A DNA stretch of 64,000 nucleotides, taken from the NCBI GenBank assembly GCA_017416795.1, contig JAFQBD010000014.1:8842-72841 (forward strand), written 5' to 3'. Of this stretch, positions 29,129 to 45,682 are shown piece by piece. Within the stretch, counting starts at the first letter, position 1, and each line of letters starts with the position of its first letter. The notes under the pieces are model-generated. The model worked only from the letters and a program-made list of their open reading frames with translations, did not search any database and was not told where the DNA came from. The translations under genes were made by a program, and so were the position numbers. The stretch is from Bacillota bacterium. Its GTDB lineage: Bacteria > Bacillota > Clostridia > Peptostreptococcales > Anaerovoracaceae.

Positions 29129-30673
29129 ATGGCAGGCATAATTATACCTATCGTAGTTGGACTGGTCGCACTTTTAATAGGGCTGCTGGTTGGATATATA
29201 CTCAGAAAAAATGTCGGTGAAAAGACTATCGGCAATGCAGAACAGAAAGCTAAAAACATGATCCTCGATGCTGAAAACAGAGCAGAAACTCTGAAGAAGG
29301 AAATGATCCTGGAAGCTAAAGAGGAGGCTCACAGACAGAGAAGTGACGCAGAAAGGGAAATAAGGGAGAGAAGAAACGAGATCCAGAAATCTGAAAGAAG
29401 ACTGGTTCAGAAGGAAGAATCCATAGACAGAAAACTTGAAAATATTGAGAAGAAAGAAGAAAGCATCACAAATAAAGAAAAGAACCTGATAAATAAACAG
29501 CAGGAGATGGATAAGCTGATGGCAAAGCAGCTTGAAGAACTGGAAAAGATCTCAGGCTACTCCATCGAAGAAGCTAGAAACATCATCCTCCAGAAGGTTG
29601 AAAAGGAAGCGAGAAGCGACGCTGCAGCCCTGTATAAGGACATCGAAAACAAGGCTAAGGAAGACGCTGATAAGAAGGCTAAGGAAATCATCACAGGAGC
29701 TATCCAGAGATGTGCTGCAGACCACGTGGCAGAATCCACAGTATCTGTAGTTCCGCTGCCTAACGACGAAATGAAGGGTCGTATCATCGGAAGAGAAGGA
29801 CGTAACATCAGAGCTATCGAAACTCTGACTGGAATCGACCTGATCATCGACGATACTCCTGAGGCAGTTATCCTCTCAGGATTCGATCCTGTAAGAAGAG
29901 AGATCGCAAGACTGTCTCTCGAAAAACTGATCGTAGACGGAAGAATACATCCGGCTCGTATCGAAGAAACAGTAGAAAAATCAGAACGTGAAGTAAATGC
30001 TATCATCAAGGATGCAGGCGAACAGGCTACATTCGAAGTTGGTATCCACAACCTTCACCCTGAACTGATAAAGCTTCTGGGAAGACTGAAGTACAGAACT
30101 TCATACGGACAGAACGTACTGAAGCACTCAGTAGAAGTGGCTCATCTGGCAGGACTGATGGCAGGAGAACTGGGACTTGATGTTACTCTGGCTAAGAGAG
30201 CAGGTCTGCTCCACGACATCGGTAAGGCACTTGACCACGAAAGAGAAGGAACTCACGTTGACATCGGTATGGAAGTACTGAAGAAGTACAAGGAATCCGA
30301 AGCAGTTATCAACGGTATGGCTGCACATCACGGAGATTACGAACCTAAGTCTATCGAAGCAGTTCTCATCGCAGCAGCAGACGCACTGTCAGCAGCAAGG
30401 CCGGGAGCGAGAAGAGAAACTCTCGAATCTTACATCAAGAGACTGCAGAAGCTTGAAGAGATCGCCAACACTACTGAAGGTGTTGAAAGATCATTCGCTA
30501 TCCAGGCAGGCAGAGAAATCAGGATCATCGCTAAGCCTGATGAAGTTGGCGACGATGCTATCGCACTGCTGGCCAGAGATATCTCCAAGAAGATCGAATC
30601 TGAACTGGAATATCCGGGTCAGATCAAGGTCAACGTAGTGAGAGAAACAAGAGCTATCGACTACGCTAAATAG
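29129..30673 (+). CDS. rny: Ribonuclease Y
   Basis: N-terminal TM, coiled coil, KH ([13 protein letters not shown]), HD (LLHDIGK). Confidence 0.97.
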   Translation: MAGIIIPIVVGLVALLIGLLVGYILRKNVGEKTIGNAEQKAKNMILDAENRAETLKKEMILEAKEEAHRQRSDAEREIRERRNEIQKSERRLVQKEESIDRKLENIEKKEESITNKEKNLINKQQEMDKLMAKQLEELEKISGYSIEEARNIILQKVEKEARSDAAALYKDIENKAKEDADKKAKEIITGAIQRCAADHVAESTVSVVPLPNDEMKGRIIGREGRNIRAIETLTGIDLIIDDTPEAVILSGFDPVRREIARLSLEKLIVDGRIHPARIEETVEKSEREVNAIIKDAGEQATFEVGIHNLHPELIKLLGRLKYRTSYGQNVLKHSVEVAHLAGLMAGELGLDVTLAKRAGLLHDIGKALDHEREGTHVDIGMEVLKKYKESEAVINGMAAHHGDYEPKSIEAVLIAAADALSAARPGARRETLESYIKRLQKLEEIANTTEGVERSFAIQAGREIRIIAKPDEVGDDAIALLARDISKKIESELEYPGQIKVNVVRETRAIDYAK

Positions 30674-30771
30674 TCTGTAGCAAACAATGTAATGAATGAA
30701 GCAATGTTCGGCCAAGCCGGATATTGCTTCTATTTATGAATATAGTTTTTCGATTTTCGAAAGGAAAAGAA

Positions 30772-31935
30772 ATGATTTATCTCGATAACAGCGGGACAAC
30801 TAAACAATACAGTGAAGTCACATCTGTGATGGTAAAACACATGGAGGAAGTCTTCGGCAATCCTTCATCTCTGTACCAGCTGGGCGTGGACAGTGAAAAG
30901 TCCATCAAAAAGGCACGCAAACAGCTGCAGGATGCTATGGGTATGGGAAGCGGCAAAGCTTACTTCACATCAGGCGGGACTGAAGCAGATAACATGGCTA
31001 TCTTCGGAGCAGCCAAGGCCTTCGGAAGAAGAGGAAAGCGCATCATCACATCGAGCGTAGAGCATCCGGCAGTGCTGGAGTGTTTCAAGACCCTTGAGAA
31101 ACAGGGCTTTGAAGCTGTATATATCGATGTGGACAGAAACTGCAGACTCGACGAAAAACAGCTTGAAGCAGCTATCAACGATGAGACGATCTTGGTCAGC
31201 CTTATGCATGTCAACAACGAAGCCGGAACTATAATGCCGGTGGATAAGGTCAAGGACATCATGAAAGCTAAGAACGCACCCGGCATCTTCCATACAGATG
31301 CAGTGCAGAGCTTCGGCAAAGTGCCCCTTTGCAAAACGGCTGATGCCATTTCCGTAAGCGGACATAAGATCCACGGACCGAAGGGAACAGGCGCGCTTTG
31401 GATAAGAGATAAGGTGAACATCCCGGCGTTTATCGAAGGTGGCGGCCAGGAAGAAGGAAAGCGCTCAGGTACTCAGAATGTGCCGGGCATCGCAGGATTC
31501 GGCGAGGCATCAGAGATCAGCGAGAAGACAAGAGCTAAAGAAATGACTCGCATCATAGAGATGAGAAAATATCTGATGGACGGCCTTGGTACAGAGTTGA
31601 AGGATATCATCATCAACAGCCCTGAGGAAGCCGGCGAGAAAGCAGGCTTGTGCTGCGGCAGCGTGCTCAATATCACATTCATGGGTACGAGAGGAGAAGT
31701 GCTGCTCCATACTCTCGAGCAGGACGGTATCTATGTCAGCACAGGATCAGCATGCTCATCTAATAAAAAAGGTCAGAGCCACGTGCTCAAGGCTATGGGA
31801 TTAAAGGATAAGGAAATCGAAGGAACTCTCAGGTTCAGCTTCGGCAGGATGAACTCCATGGAAGAAATGGACATCGTCATCGACAAGGTGAGCGGAGCTG
31901 TAAAGAGATTCAGGAAGCTGGGAAGCTTCAGATAG
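30772..31935 (+). CDS. iscS: Cysteine desulfurase (IscS/NifS group I)
   Basis: IYLDNSGTT, SGHKIHGPKG, catalytic STGSACSS; adjacent to thiI. Confidence 0.9.
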   Translation: MIYLDNSGTTKQYSEVTSVMVKHMEEVFGNPSSLYQLGVDSEKSIKKARKQLQDAMGMGSGKAYFTSGGTEADNMAIFGAAKAFGRRGKRIITSSVEHPAVLECFKTLEKQGFEAVYIDVDRNCRLDEKQLEAAINDETILVSLMHVNNEAGTIMPVDKVKDIMKAKNAPGIFHTDAVQSFGKVPLCKTADAISVSGHKIHGPKGTGALWIRDKVNIPAFIEGGGQEEGKRSGTQNVPGIAGFGEASEISEKTRAKEMTRIIEMRKYLMDGLGTELKDIIINSPEEAGEKAGLCCGSVLNITFMGTRGEVLLHTLEQDGIYVSTGSACSSNKKGQSHVLKAMGLKDKEIEGTLRFSFGRMNSMEEMDIVIDKVSGAVKRFRKLGSFR

Positions 31936-31937
31936 GA

Positions 31938-33128
31938 GTGATCATGAATAATGAACATATTTTTATCGTAAGATGCGGAGAAGTTGCCCTGAAGGGAATG
32001 AACAAGCCGTATTTCGAAAGGATGCTGGTTGAACGTATCAAGAAACTGCTGAAGAAATTCGACGGCATCACAGTCAAAAGACATGAAGGCCTGATCTGGG
32101 TAAGAGCAGACAAGAGCCTTGACAAGCAGGCTATCATCAAGGAGATATCCAAGGTGTTCGGCGTAGCATCCATCAGCCCTGCTATCGAGTGTGAAAGCAC
32201 TATGGAAGCTATCGGTGAAGCTGCAGTAAAATACATGCTGGAAGCTATCGAAGAGCGCGGCGTGAAGACTTTTAAAGTCGAAGCTAAGCGTGCTGACAAG
32301 AACTTCCCTGTCAAGTCACCTGAGATCGGCAGACTGATCGGCGGTGCCGTACTCAAGGGCTGCAAGGTACTGAAGGTAGACGTCCATAATCCTGACTGCC
32401 TGCTGTATGTAGATGTAAGACAGGAAAAATCATATATCTATCAGGACAAGATCGCAGGTTTCGGCGGCCTTCCGCTGGGAACTAACGGCAAGGGTCTCTC
32501 ACTGCTTTCAGGCGGCATCGATTCACCTGTAGCTACATGGATGATGGCTAAGCGCGGAATGATGATCGAAGCTATCCACTTCCATTCATATCCTTATACA
32601 AGCCAGAGAGCACAGGAAAAGGTAGAAGACCTGGCAAGCCTGGTTGCTACTTACTGTGGCCGTTTCAAGATGCATGTCATCAATCTGCTGCCTATCCAGG
32701 AACAGATCGTTCAGAACTGTCCGGAAGAAGAAACTACTATATTAGTAAGAAGATTCATGATGAGGATCGCTCAGAAAGTCGCAGAAAACACAGGCTGCAA
32801 CATGCTGATCACAGGTGAAAATCTGGGTCAGGTAGCAAGCCAGACTGCAGAATCTCTCGTAGTTACAGATGCATCCGTAACTATGCCTGTAATGAGACCT
32901 CTCATCGCTATGGATAAGGTGGATATCATGGACAAGGCTATGGAAATAGGAACATATGAAACTTCCATCCAGCCTTACGAAGACTGCTGCACAGTATTCC
33001 TGCCAAAGCATCCTGCAACTAAGCCTAAGCTGGAAAGGATCCTGGAATCAGAATCAAAGCTGGACTGCGAAGCACTTATCGCAGCAGCAGTAGAATCAGA
33101 AGAGATCATCGATATCTTCCCTGCATAA
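31938..33128 (+). CDS. thiI: tRNA 4-thiouridine synthetase ThiI
   Basis: THUMP domain, LLSGGIDSPVA, GQVASQT, EDCC. Confidence 0.95.
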   Translation: MIMNNEHIFIVRCGEVALKGMNKPYFERMLVERIKKLLKKFDGITVKRHEGLIWVRADKSLDKQAIIKEISKVFGVASISPAIECESTMEAIGEAAVKYMLEAIEERGVKTFKVEAKRADKNFPVKSPEIGRLIGGAVLKGCKVLKVDVHNPDCLLYVDVRQEKSYIYQDKIAGFGGLPLGTNGKGLSLLSGGIDSPVATWMMAKRGMMIEAIHFHSYPYTSQRAQEKVEDLASLVATYCGRFKMHVINLLPIQEQIVQNCPEEETTILVRRFMMRIAQKVAENTGCNMLITGENLGQVASQTAESLVVTDASVTMPVMRPLIAMDKVDIMDKAMEIGTYETSIQPYEDCCTVFLPKHPATKPKLERILESESKLDCEALIAAAVESEEIIDIFPA

Positions 33129-33295
33129 GAATATGAGCGCCGCTGACAAGCGGCGTTTTTTATCGCCAAAACTAGTGCATACTCGACATTTTCTCTTAAG
33201 GACAAGCCCTCTTGTTCAGGAATATAATGGATACATGGATCTATCGCATAATGCGGTACAGCCACGTATTTCATACCTGAAAAGGGGGTTTTTTA

Positions 33296-33661
33296 GTGGA
33301 AGTTGTTTTCAAAGTAAGAGGTGACATACTTATAGCATGTATCAAGGGTGAATTGGATCACCATAATGCGGCACCGCTGAGAAAGGGGATAGATAGATCG
33401 ATGAAGGTATTTGAATGCCGCGATCTGATCCTCGATCTTACGGAAGTGGATTTTATGGATAGTTCCGGAATAGGTATAGCCCTCGGCAGATATAAGAAGC
33501 TGTCAAAGAGCGGCGGCAGGATATGCATAGCAGGCTGCTCCACATATATAGAGAAAGTACTTGATATGGCGGGAGTATTTTCCATAATCCCGAAGGAAGC
33601 CGATGTGCAAAGCGCACTTTGTCTTCTGGGCGGAGAGGAACAATTACACATGGAGGTTTGA
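33296..33661 (+). CDS. spoIIAA: Anti-sigmaF antagonist SpoIIAA
   Basis: GELDHH, FMDSSGIG phospho-Ser motif; operon context. Confidence 0.93.
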   Translation: MEVVFKVRGDILIACIKGELDHHNAAPLRKGIDRSMKVFECRDLILDLTEVDFMDSSGIGIALGRYKKLSKSGGRICIAGCSTYIEKVLDMAGVFSIIPKEADVQSALCLLGGEEQLHMEV

Positions 33662-33662
33662 T

Positions 33663-34127
33663 ATGGAAAATGTTTTGAAGATGGAATTCAGTGCTCTGGC
33701 AGAGAACGAAGCCTTTGCCAGAGCAGCAGCTGCAGCCTTTGTGATGCCTCTCGATCCTACGGTTGAGGAAGTGACAGAGATAAAGACTGCAGTATCTGAA
33801 GCAGTGAGCAATTGTGTGATACACGGGTATGGGGAGCTTTGCGGCGATGAGTCCTTTGCAAAAAATGAGGCGCCTACCATAGTGATGGAGTGCGCTTTGG
33901 AAAAGGGCAACAGGCTCACTATCACCATAGAAGATAAAGGCGTGGGTATCGATGATGTGGATCAGGCCATGGAGCCGCTTTTTACGACGGGAGATGAGGA
34001 AGAGCGATCCGGAATGGGCTTCACGGTGATGCAGAGTTTCATGGACAGATTGAAGGTGAGGTCGTCAAAAGGTGAGGGGACCACTGTGATAATGACCAAG
34101 TATCTGGACGTGCCGGGTGAGTACTAA
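33663..34127 (+). CDS. spoIIAB: Anti-sigmaF kinase SpoIIAB
   Basis: TAVSEAVSNCVIHGY, DKGVGI, ERSGMGFTVM. Confidence 0.95.
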   Translation: MENVLKMEFSALAENEAFARAAAAAFVMPLDPTVEEVTEIKTAVSEAVSNCVIHGYGELCGDESFAKNEAPTIVMECALEKGNRLTITIEDKGVGIDDVDQAMEPLFTTGDEEERSGMGFTVMQSFMDRLKVRSSKGEGTTVIMTKYLDVPGEY

Positions 34128-34857
34128 ATATGTGCCGGTAGCTAAGGAAGATACATATAAACTAATAGAAGCAGCACAGAAGGGTGATCCGCAGGCGCGG
34201 GAACTCGTAGTCAATCAAAACATCGGACTCGTAAAAAACTTAGCGATGAAATATGCGTCGAACTATTATGAACCGGAAGATCTGATACAAGTAGGATTCG
34301 TCGGACTTGTGAAGGCTATCGACAGATTCGACTGCCGATTCGACGTGATGTTTTCAACCTATGCAGTCCCCATGATATTAGGTGAGATAAAGCGGTTCAT
34401 ACGAGATGACGGCAAGATAAAAGTGAGTCGTCAGCTGAAGACGGAAATGAAGGAACTGAAGAATCTCCGTCAGGAATATTACAACAAATACGGTAAGAGT
34501 CCGAAGGTGAGTTATCTGGCATCGCGGATGGGAGTATCTGCAGAACATGTGATGGAGGTGCTGGAAGCGATAGACTCATTATCGAATGTAGAAAGTCTGG
34601 ATAATACATTGATCCCTGAAGGAATGCACGGCGGAGATTATGTTGATGAAGAAGAAACCAATGTGGATATCATGGACCTCAAAGAAGCCATACGTGAGCT
34701 TGAGGATCGTGAGCGACAGATAATAGTCCTCAGATATTTCAAGGATATGACTCAGCAGCAGATCGCCAAGGTGATGGGAATATCACAAGTGCAGGTGTCC
34801 AGGATAGAGAAAAAAGTTCTGCTGCGTATGAGAGAAAAGATGAAAAAAGTGGAATAG
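34117..34857 (+). CDS. sigF: Sporulation sigma factor sigmaF
   Basis: DLIQVGFVGLVKAID, FSTYAVPMILGEIKRFIRDDG.IKVSR; third gene of spoIIA. Confidence 0.95.
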   Translation: MSTKYVPVAKEDTYKLIEAAQKGDPQARELVVNQNIGLVKNLAMKYASNYYEPEDLIQVGFVGLVKAIDRFDCRFDVMFSTYAVPMILGEIKRFIRDDGKIKVSRQLKTEMKELKNLRQEYYNKYGKSPKVSYLASRMGVSAEHVMEVLEAIDSLSNVESLDNTLIPEGMHGGDYVDEEETNVDIMDLKEAIRELEDRERQIIVLRYFKDMTQQQIAKVMGISQVQVSRIEKKVLLRMREKMKKVE

Positions 34858-34940
34858 AGGATCGAGACAATCCTTATAAACGTTGAAAAATAGCCGTTTT
34901 GGACGGATGAAAAAAATTTATAAAAAAATTACAAAAAAGT

Positions 34941-34969
34941 GTTGACAATGTAGACTAAAATGGTATAAT
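34941..34969 (+). promoter_or_regulatory. Consensus sigmaA promoter of the rubredoxin gene
   Basis: TTGACA, 17 bp, TATAAT. Confidence 0.75.
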
Positions 34970-35070
34970 AAACTCAACAAAGAAAGTTGATTAAAAAAGT
35001 CAAGATTAAAACAACTAATAACGAAATGAAAAAAGGGTCCTGAAGGACCAACATGAAGGAGGAAAAGAAA

Positions 35071-35253
35071 ATGTCAAAGAACTTAGATAAGAAATACAAG
35101 TGCGAACCATGTGAATACATCTACGATCCAAGAATCGGAGATAGAGACGGTAACGTAGCACCGGGAGTACCATTCGAAGAACTCCCAGAAAACTGGATAT
35201 GCCCTAACTGCGGAGTAGGCAAAGAATACTTCGTACCGGTAGAAGAAGACTAA
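35071..35253 (+). CDS. Rubredoxin
   Basis: CEPCEYIYDP...LPENWICPNCG; AAGGAGG precedes ATG 35071. Confidence 0.93.
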   Translation: MSKNLDKKYKCEPCEYIYDPRIGDRDGNVAPGVPFEELPENWICPNCGVGKEYFVPVEED

Positions 35254-35430
35254 GAAGTCAGTAAAAGCTAAATGCTAAACATAAATAAGTCATGAACAAA
35301 CTCCATAAATCCTAAACTATAAAATACAACCTTAATTACAAACGATTGATTAGAGATACTCCGTCCGATAAAGACGGAGTATTTTCGTTTGACATCATAT
35401 TCTTCATGTTGTATAATATTTTCTGCATGA

Positions 35431-35506
35431 GCGCCATTAGCTCAATGGATAGAGTAACGCACTACGAATGCGCAGGTTTGGGGTTCGAGTCCCTAATGGC
35501 GCGCCA
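35431..35506 (+). tRNA. tRNA-Arg(ACG)
   Basis: Cloverleaf with GCGCCAT/ATGGCGC acceptor stem, loop CT-ACG-AA, GGTTCGAGTCC T-arm and encoded CCA. Confidence 0.95.
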
Positions 35507-35711
35507 AATAAAAAAGACACCTTTTGGTGTCTTTTTTATTTGATGCGTATATAGATGGAAGGGACTCGAAGCCGAAAGGGCCTGAACGTAGTGAGACAGT
35601 TCGGTGAACTGTCGAACAGTGAAGGGTCCAAGCAGGGTGCAGAGAACCTGCGCAGGACGGCGGATGCGAAGCATACGCAAAAGTCCCTAATGGCGCGCCA
35701 AATAAAAAAGA
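35488..35711 (+). repeat. 30-bp direct repeat of the tRNA 3' end flanking a short structured insert
   Basis: AGTCCCTAATGGCGCGCCAAATAAAAAAGA at 35488-35517 and 35682-35711, each followed by its own terminator hairpin. Confidence 0.9.
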
Positions 35712-35816
35712 GATAAGTTATTGCTTATCTCTTTTTTTTTTTTTCGTATGTTAATAGCAATATTTCATGTATAATATATCTAACATACAGACAACTCTGA
35801 GAGAGGGGGAACTGCA

Positions 35817-36296
35817 ATGAAATTATACATAAAAGAAAAAGCGATTTCTGTAATGGATAAGTTCTATGTCAGAAATGAAAAAGGTGACAAGAAATATGAG
35901 ATCAGAAGAAAATTCGAGCCTGCAATAGGATTGAAACTGCATATCCTCGATATGGATGGTAATGAACTGGGATACATCAAAGAGAAGAATATAAGCTTAA
36001 GACCTAAATTCCGTATATTCACAGGTGGGGAACATACAGCGACCATAACCAAGAAAGTGGTTTCCATGAGACCTAAATACGAGGTTGAGGAGCTGGGGTG
36101 GAAGATAAAAGGTAACCTGATACAGCGAGATTATAAGATCGTCGGCAAAGAAGGTGAAGTAATGAATATCCACAAAGGGCTCCTGAAGCTGAGCGATACA
36201 TTCGTACTGGAATTCAGCGATAAAAAACATGTAGTTGAAGCCCTTGCCGTAGTAGTTGCCATCGACTACATACTTGATGAAAAGGCAGAAGACTAA
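35817..36296 (+). CDS. LURP-one/scramblase-like (YxjI-type) protein
   Basis: LYIKEKAIS..DKF, W.IKGNL...DY.I, ALAVVVAID pattern. Confidence 0.75.
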   Translation: MKLYIKEKAISVMDKFYVRNEKGDKKYEIRRKFEPAIGLKLHILDMDGNELGYIKEKNISLRPKFRIFTGGEHTATITKKVVSMRPKYEVEELGWKIKGNLIQRDYKIVGKEGEVMNIHKGLLKLSDTFVLEFSDKKHVVEALAVVVAIDYILDEKAED

Positions 36297-36331
36297 GGAA
36301 AAGGTATTACAAGAACAGAAAGGTGATCAAT

Positions 36332-36748
36332 ATGAGATTAGAATACGTAGGAACAGATATAACAGAACTCAGCCTTAGAAAGGACATCCCCGATGACGCA
36401 GAGATAGAACTTCAGACAAATACCAACTATACAGTGTATTTTTCAGAAGACGGCGATTCATGTTACGGTGAATTCAATGTTGAGATAATATCACAGCATG
36501 ATCCTTCCATGTTATCCATCAATTACTGCTCAAAGAGTTATTTCAATATCTACGATGCATACTTTGGTGAAGAAGGAGACATAGAAAGACAGATCCACAT
36601 GGAAGTATTCAACAGGATCTTCCCTATGTGCAATGAAACATTGAGACAGTTCACATCTATGGCAGGCGTACCTAATATCTCGCTTCTCGAGATGAACATG
36701 TCCGACATGGATATCGTTACTGAAGCTGCACCACAGTTCAGCATGTAG
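36332..36748 (+). CDS. SecB-like chaperone (acidic, about 138 aa)
   Basis: Beta-rich N-terminus, then IFPMCNETLRQFTSMAGVPNISL, resembling the SecB 'lfPy.R..i..lt..aG.P.l.l' signature. Confidence 0.55.
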   Translation: MRLEYVGTDITELSLRKDIPDDAEIELQTNTNYTVYFSEDGDSCYGEFNVEIISQHDPSMLSINYCSKSYFNIYDAYFGEEGDIERQIHMEVFNRIFPMCNETLRQFTSMAGVPNISLLEMNMSDMDIVTEAAPQFSM

Positions 36749-36760
36749 AATAAGAAGGTC

Positions 36761-37348
36761 TTATTTATCATATCTGCAGATTATTTCATCTGCGATCTCT
36801 TTTCTTGAAACACAGCGATCCATTGCAGTTTTTTCGATATATCTGTGAGCATCAGGTTCGCTCATATTTTCATGACTTATCAACATCCATTTAGCACGGT
36901 TGACAAGACGGATCTCTTCCATCTTCTGTTCTATGGATGTTGTTTTATTTTCATAACGGCGGAGACGCTCACGAGAACTTATCATCCATGAAAGGGCGCG
37001 CTCCATTATTGTTCTTGAAGTAGGTTTTGGCAGTGTGAAAACACCGTGAGGAGAAACCTTGCTGTAGATCTCATCGTGGATATCGCTCTTGATCAACAGA
37101 AGTACGACTGCATTATTCCTGGAACAAGTATCCACAGCGAATCTTATACCCTGATCATCAGGCAGCGGAGAGTTTATAATGATAAAATCATATGACCTTT
37201 CTGCCAGCGAACGCTTAGCGCAGTTGATGCCGGAAGCAACAGATACTGTATCATAAAGAGACTCGGGAAGCAGTGAGGTCAGTGAAGCAGTAAATGTCTT
37301 AGATGCTGATACTATAAGGATGCTGTAAACACGCTTTTTGAGACTCAT
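36761..37348 (-). CDS. ANTAR-domain antiterminator with a degenerate receiver domain
   Basis: C-terminal RLVNRAKWMLI...MSEPDAHRYIEKTAMD ANTAR motif. The receiver has IVSA for the acidic pocket and IIINSP for the phospho-Asp. Confidence 0.9.
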   Translation of the reverse strand: MSLKKRVYSILIVSASKTFTASLTSLLPESLYDTVSVASGINCAKRSLAERSYDFIIINSPLPDDQGIRFAVDTCSRNNAVVLLLIKSDIHDEIYSKVSPHGVFTLPKPTSRTIMERALSWMISSRERLRRYENKTTSIEQKMEEIRLVNRAKWMLISHENMSEPDAHRYIEKTAMDRCVSRKEIADEIICRYDK

Positions 37349-37369
37349 CTGCAACCCTCCTTTCTTTTG

Positions 37370-38581
37370 TTATCTTTTGCAGTAAATGTCCAGTATATCG
37401 GTAGGTATATGTTTTTTGATAAAATCGCTGTCAGCAGCTGCTCTGCAGGCAGCTTCAAGATCCTGCGGCAGTCTCTTGTACTTGTCCAGTTCTTCGCTTG
37501 GGGCCTTGTAAAGATTCAGGTCGGCAGAAGGCGGAAGTTCCAGCTTGTTCCTTATGCCGTATATGCCTGCATATATCATCAATGCAAAGGCCAGGTAAGG
37601 GTTTGATGAAGGATCGGGCGAGCGCATTTCTGCCCTTCGATATTCTCCTGATGCAGCAGGGATACGAATCAGCTGTGAACGGTTTTCGCCTGACCATGAA
37701 ATGAATCCGGGAGCCTTGTCGCTGCCAAATCGCTTGTAAGATTCCTCGATCGGATTCAGGAAGATAGTCATATCTTCCGTTTTATCAAGGACACCCGCGA
37801 TCATTTGATCCATATGGTCTAAGCCGTCATCTGATTGTACAGAGATATTTATATGGAAGCCGCTTCCCGCACTGTCAGCTAAAGGTTTAGGCCCGAAGTC
37901 TGCATGTAATCCGTTTCTGTGAGCAACAGTCTTGACAATAGTCTGGAATGTCATAGCATTGTCGGCAGCAGTGACAGGGTCTGAATATCTGAAATCTATC
38001 TCGTTTTGTCCGGGACCGACTTCATGGTGAGAACTTTCAGGTTGGATTCCCATCTGCTCCAGAGTGAGGCAAATCTCACGTCTGATATTTTCCCCTTTAT
38101 CATCAGGAGCAATATCCATATAGCCTGCATTATCGTATGGGACCTTAGTAGGCATGCCATTGTCATCAAGCTTAAATAAATAAAATTCCTGTTCGGCTCC
38201 GAAGAAAAACCTGAGTCCTGCCGATCTGGCTTCAGATACAGCCTGTTTGAGAAGACTGCGGGTATCACATTTAAAAGGGGTGCCGTCAGGATATCTGATG
38301 CTGCAGAACATGCGAACGATACGGCCGTGTTCCGGTCTCCATGGAAGGAGCATCAACGTGTCGGCATCAGGATACAGCAGAAGATCTGAACGTGATTCAT
38401 CTCCAAAGCCTTTTATGCCCGATGCATCTATGGCGATCCCATAGTCAAAAGCGCGTGGGAGTTCTTCCGGCATGATGGCAATATTTTTTTGCCTGCCGAA
38501 CACATCACAGAACGCCAGACGGATGAATTTGATATCTTCTTCTTGAACAAATTGAATAACTTCGTGTTTTGAGTATTTCAT
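37370..38581 (-). CDS. Glutamine synthetase-like protein (type I fold, non-canonical)
   Basis: GAEQEFYLF, HHEVGPGQNEID, GSGFH, NRS..IRIP, EMRSPDPSSNPYL. The flap reads DKAP instead of YEAP. Confidence 0.85.
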   Translation of the reverse strand: MKYSKHEVIQFVQEEDIKFIRLAFCDVFGRQKNIAIMPEELPRAFDYGIAIDASGIKGFGDESRSDLLLYPDADTLMLLPWRPEHGRIVRMFCSIRYPDGTPFKCDTRSLLKQAVSEARSAGLRFFFGAEQEFYLFKLDDNGMPTKVPYDNAGYMDIAPDDKGENIRREICLTLEQMGIQPESSHHEVGPGQNEIDFRYSDPVTAADNAMTFQTIVKTVAHRNGLHADFGPKPLADSAGSGFHINISVQSDDGLDHMDQMIAGVLDKTEDMTIFLNPIEESYKRFGSDKAPGFISWSGENRSQLIRIPAASGEYRRAEMRSPDPSSNPYLAFALMIYAGIYGIRNKLELPPSADLNLYKAPSEELDKYKRLPQDLEAACRAAADSDFIKKHIPTDILDIYCKR

Positions 38582-38686
38582 GATCCTACCTTCTTTCTTG
38601 AACCATAAGATGTCATATTATATATCCAGCATTCTGAAAAAATCAACAAATATGTTTGAAAAAACAAATAAAAACAAAATTTATGG

Positions 38687-38777
38687 TTGCAAAATTCAAA
38701 AACCGGGTGTATTATGTTCGAGTAAAGGCAAAGGCGTCTTTAATGTTTATACGTTAAAGGCGCCCTTGTCTTTTTTT
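38687..38777 (+). promoter_or_regulatory. sigmaA promoter plus attenuator leader with an ANTAR-type hairpin
   Basis: TTGCAA (38687), 17 bp, TATTAT (38710). Hairpin AAAGGC-[AAAGGC]-GTCTTT (38724-38741) is alternative to a 20-bp terminator stem (38726-38771) followed by T6. Confidence 0.7.
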
Positions 38778-38779
38778 GA

Positions 38780-41528
<2,749 letters not shown>

Positions 41529-41539
41529 TCGGAGAAAAA

Positions 41540-45671
<4,132 letters not shown>

Positions 45672-45682
45672 GGGATGACGAA

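Noticed and set aside
33180-33295. sigmaH promoter and Spo0A box for spoIIA
   Set aside because: Only partial matches (AGGAATA...GGAT; reversed TGTCGAG); too weak to call as a feature.
35346-35680. ORFs 35346-35543 (+) and 35462-35680 (-)
   Set aside because: They overlap tRNA-Arg and its repeat; spurious.
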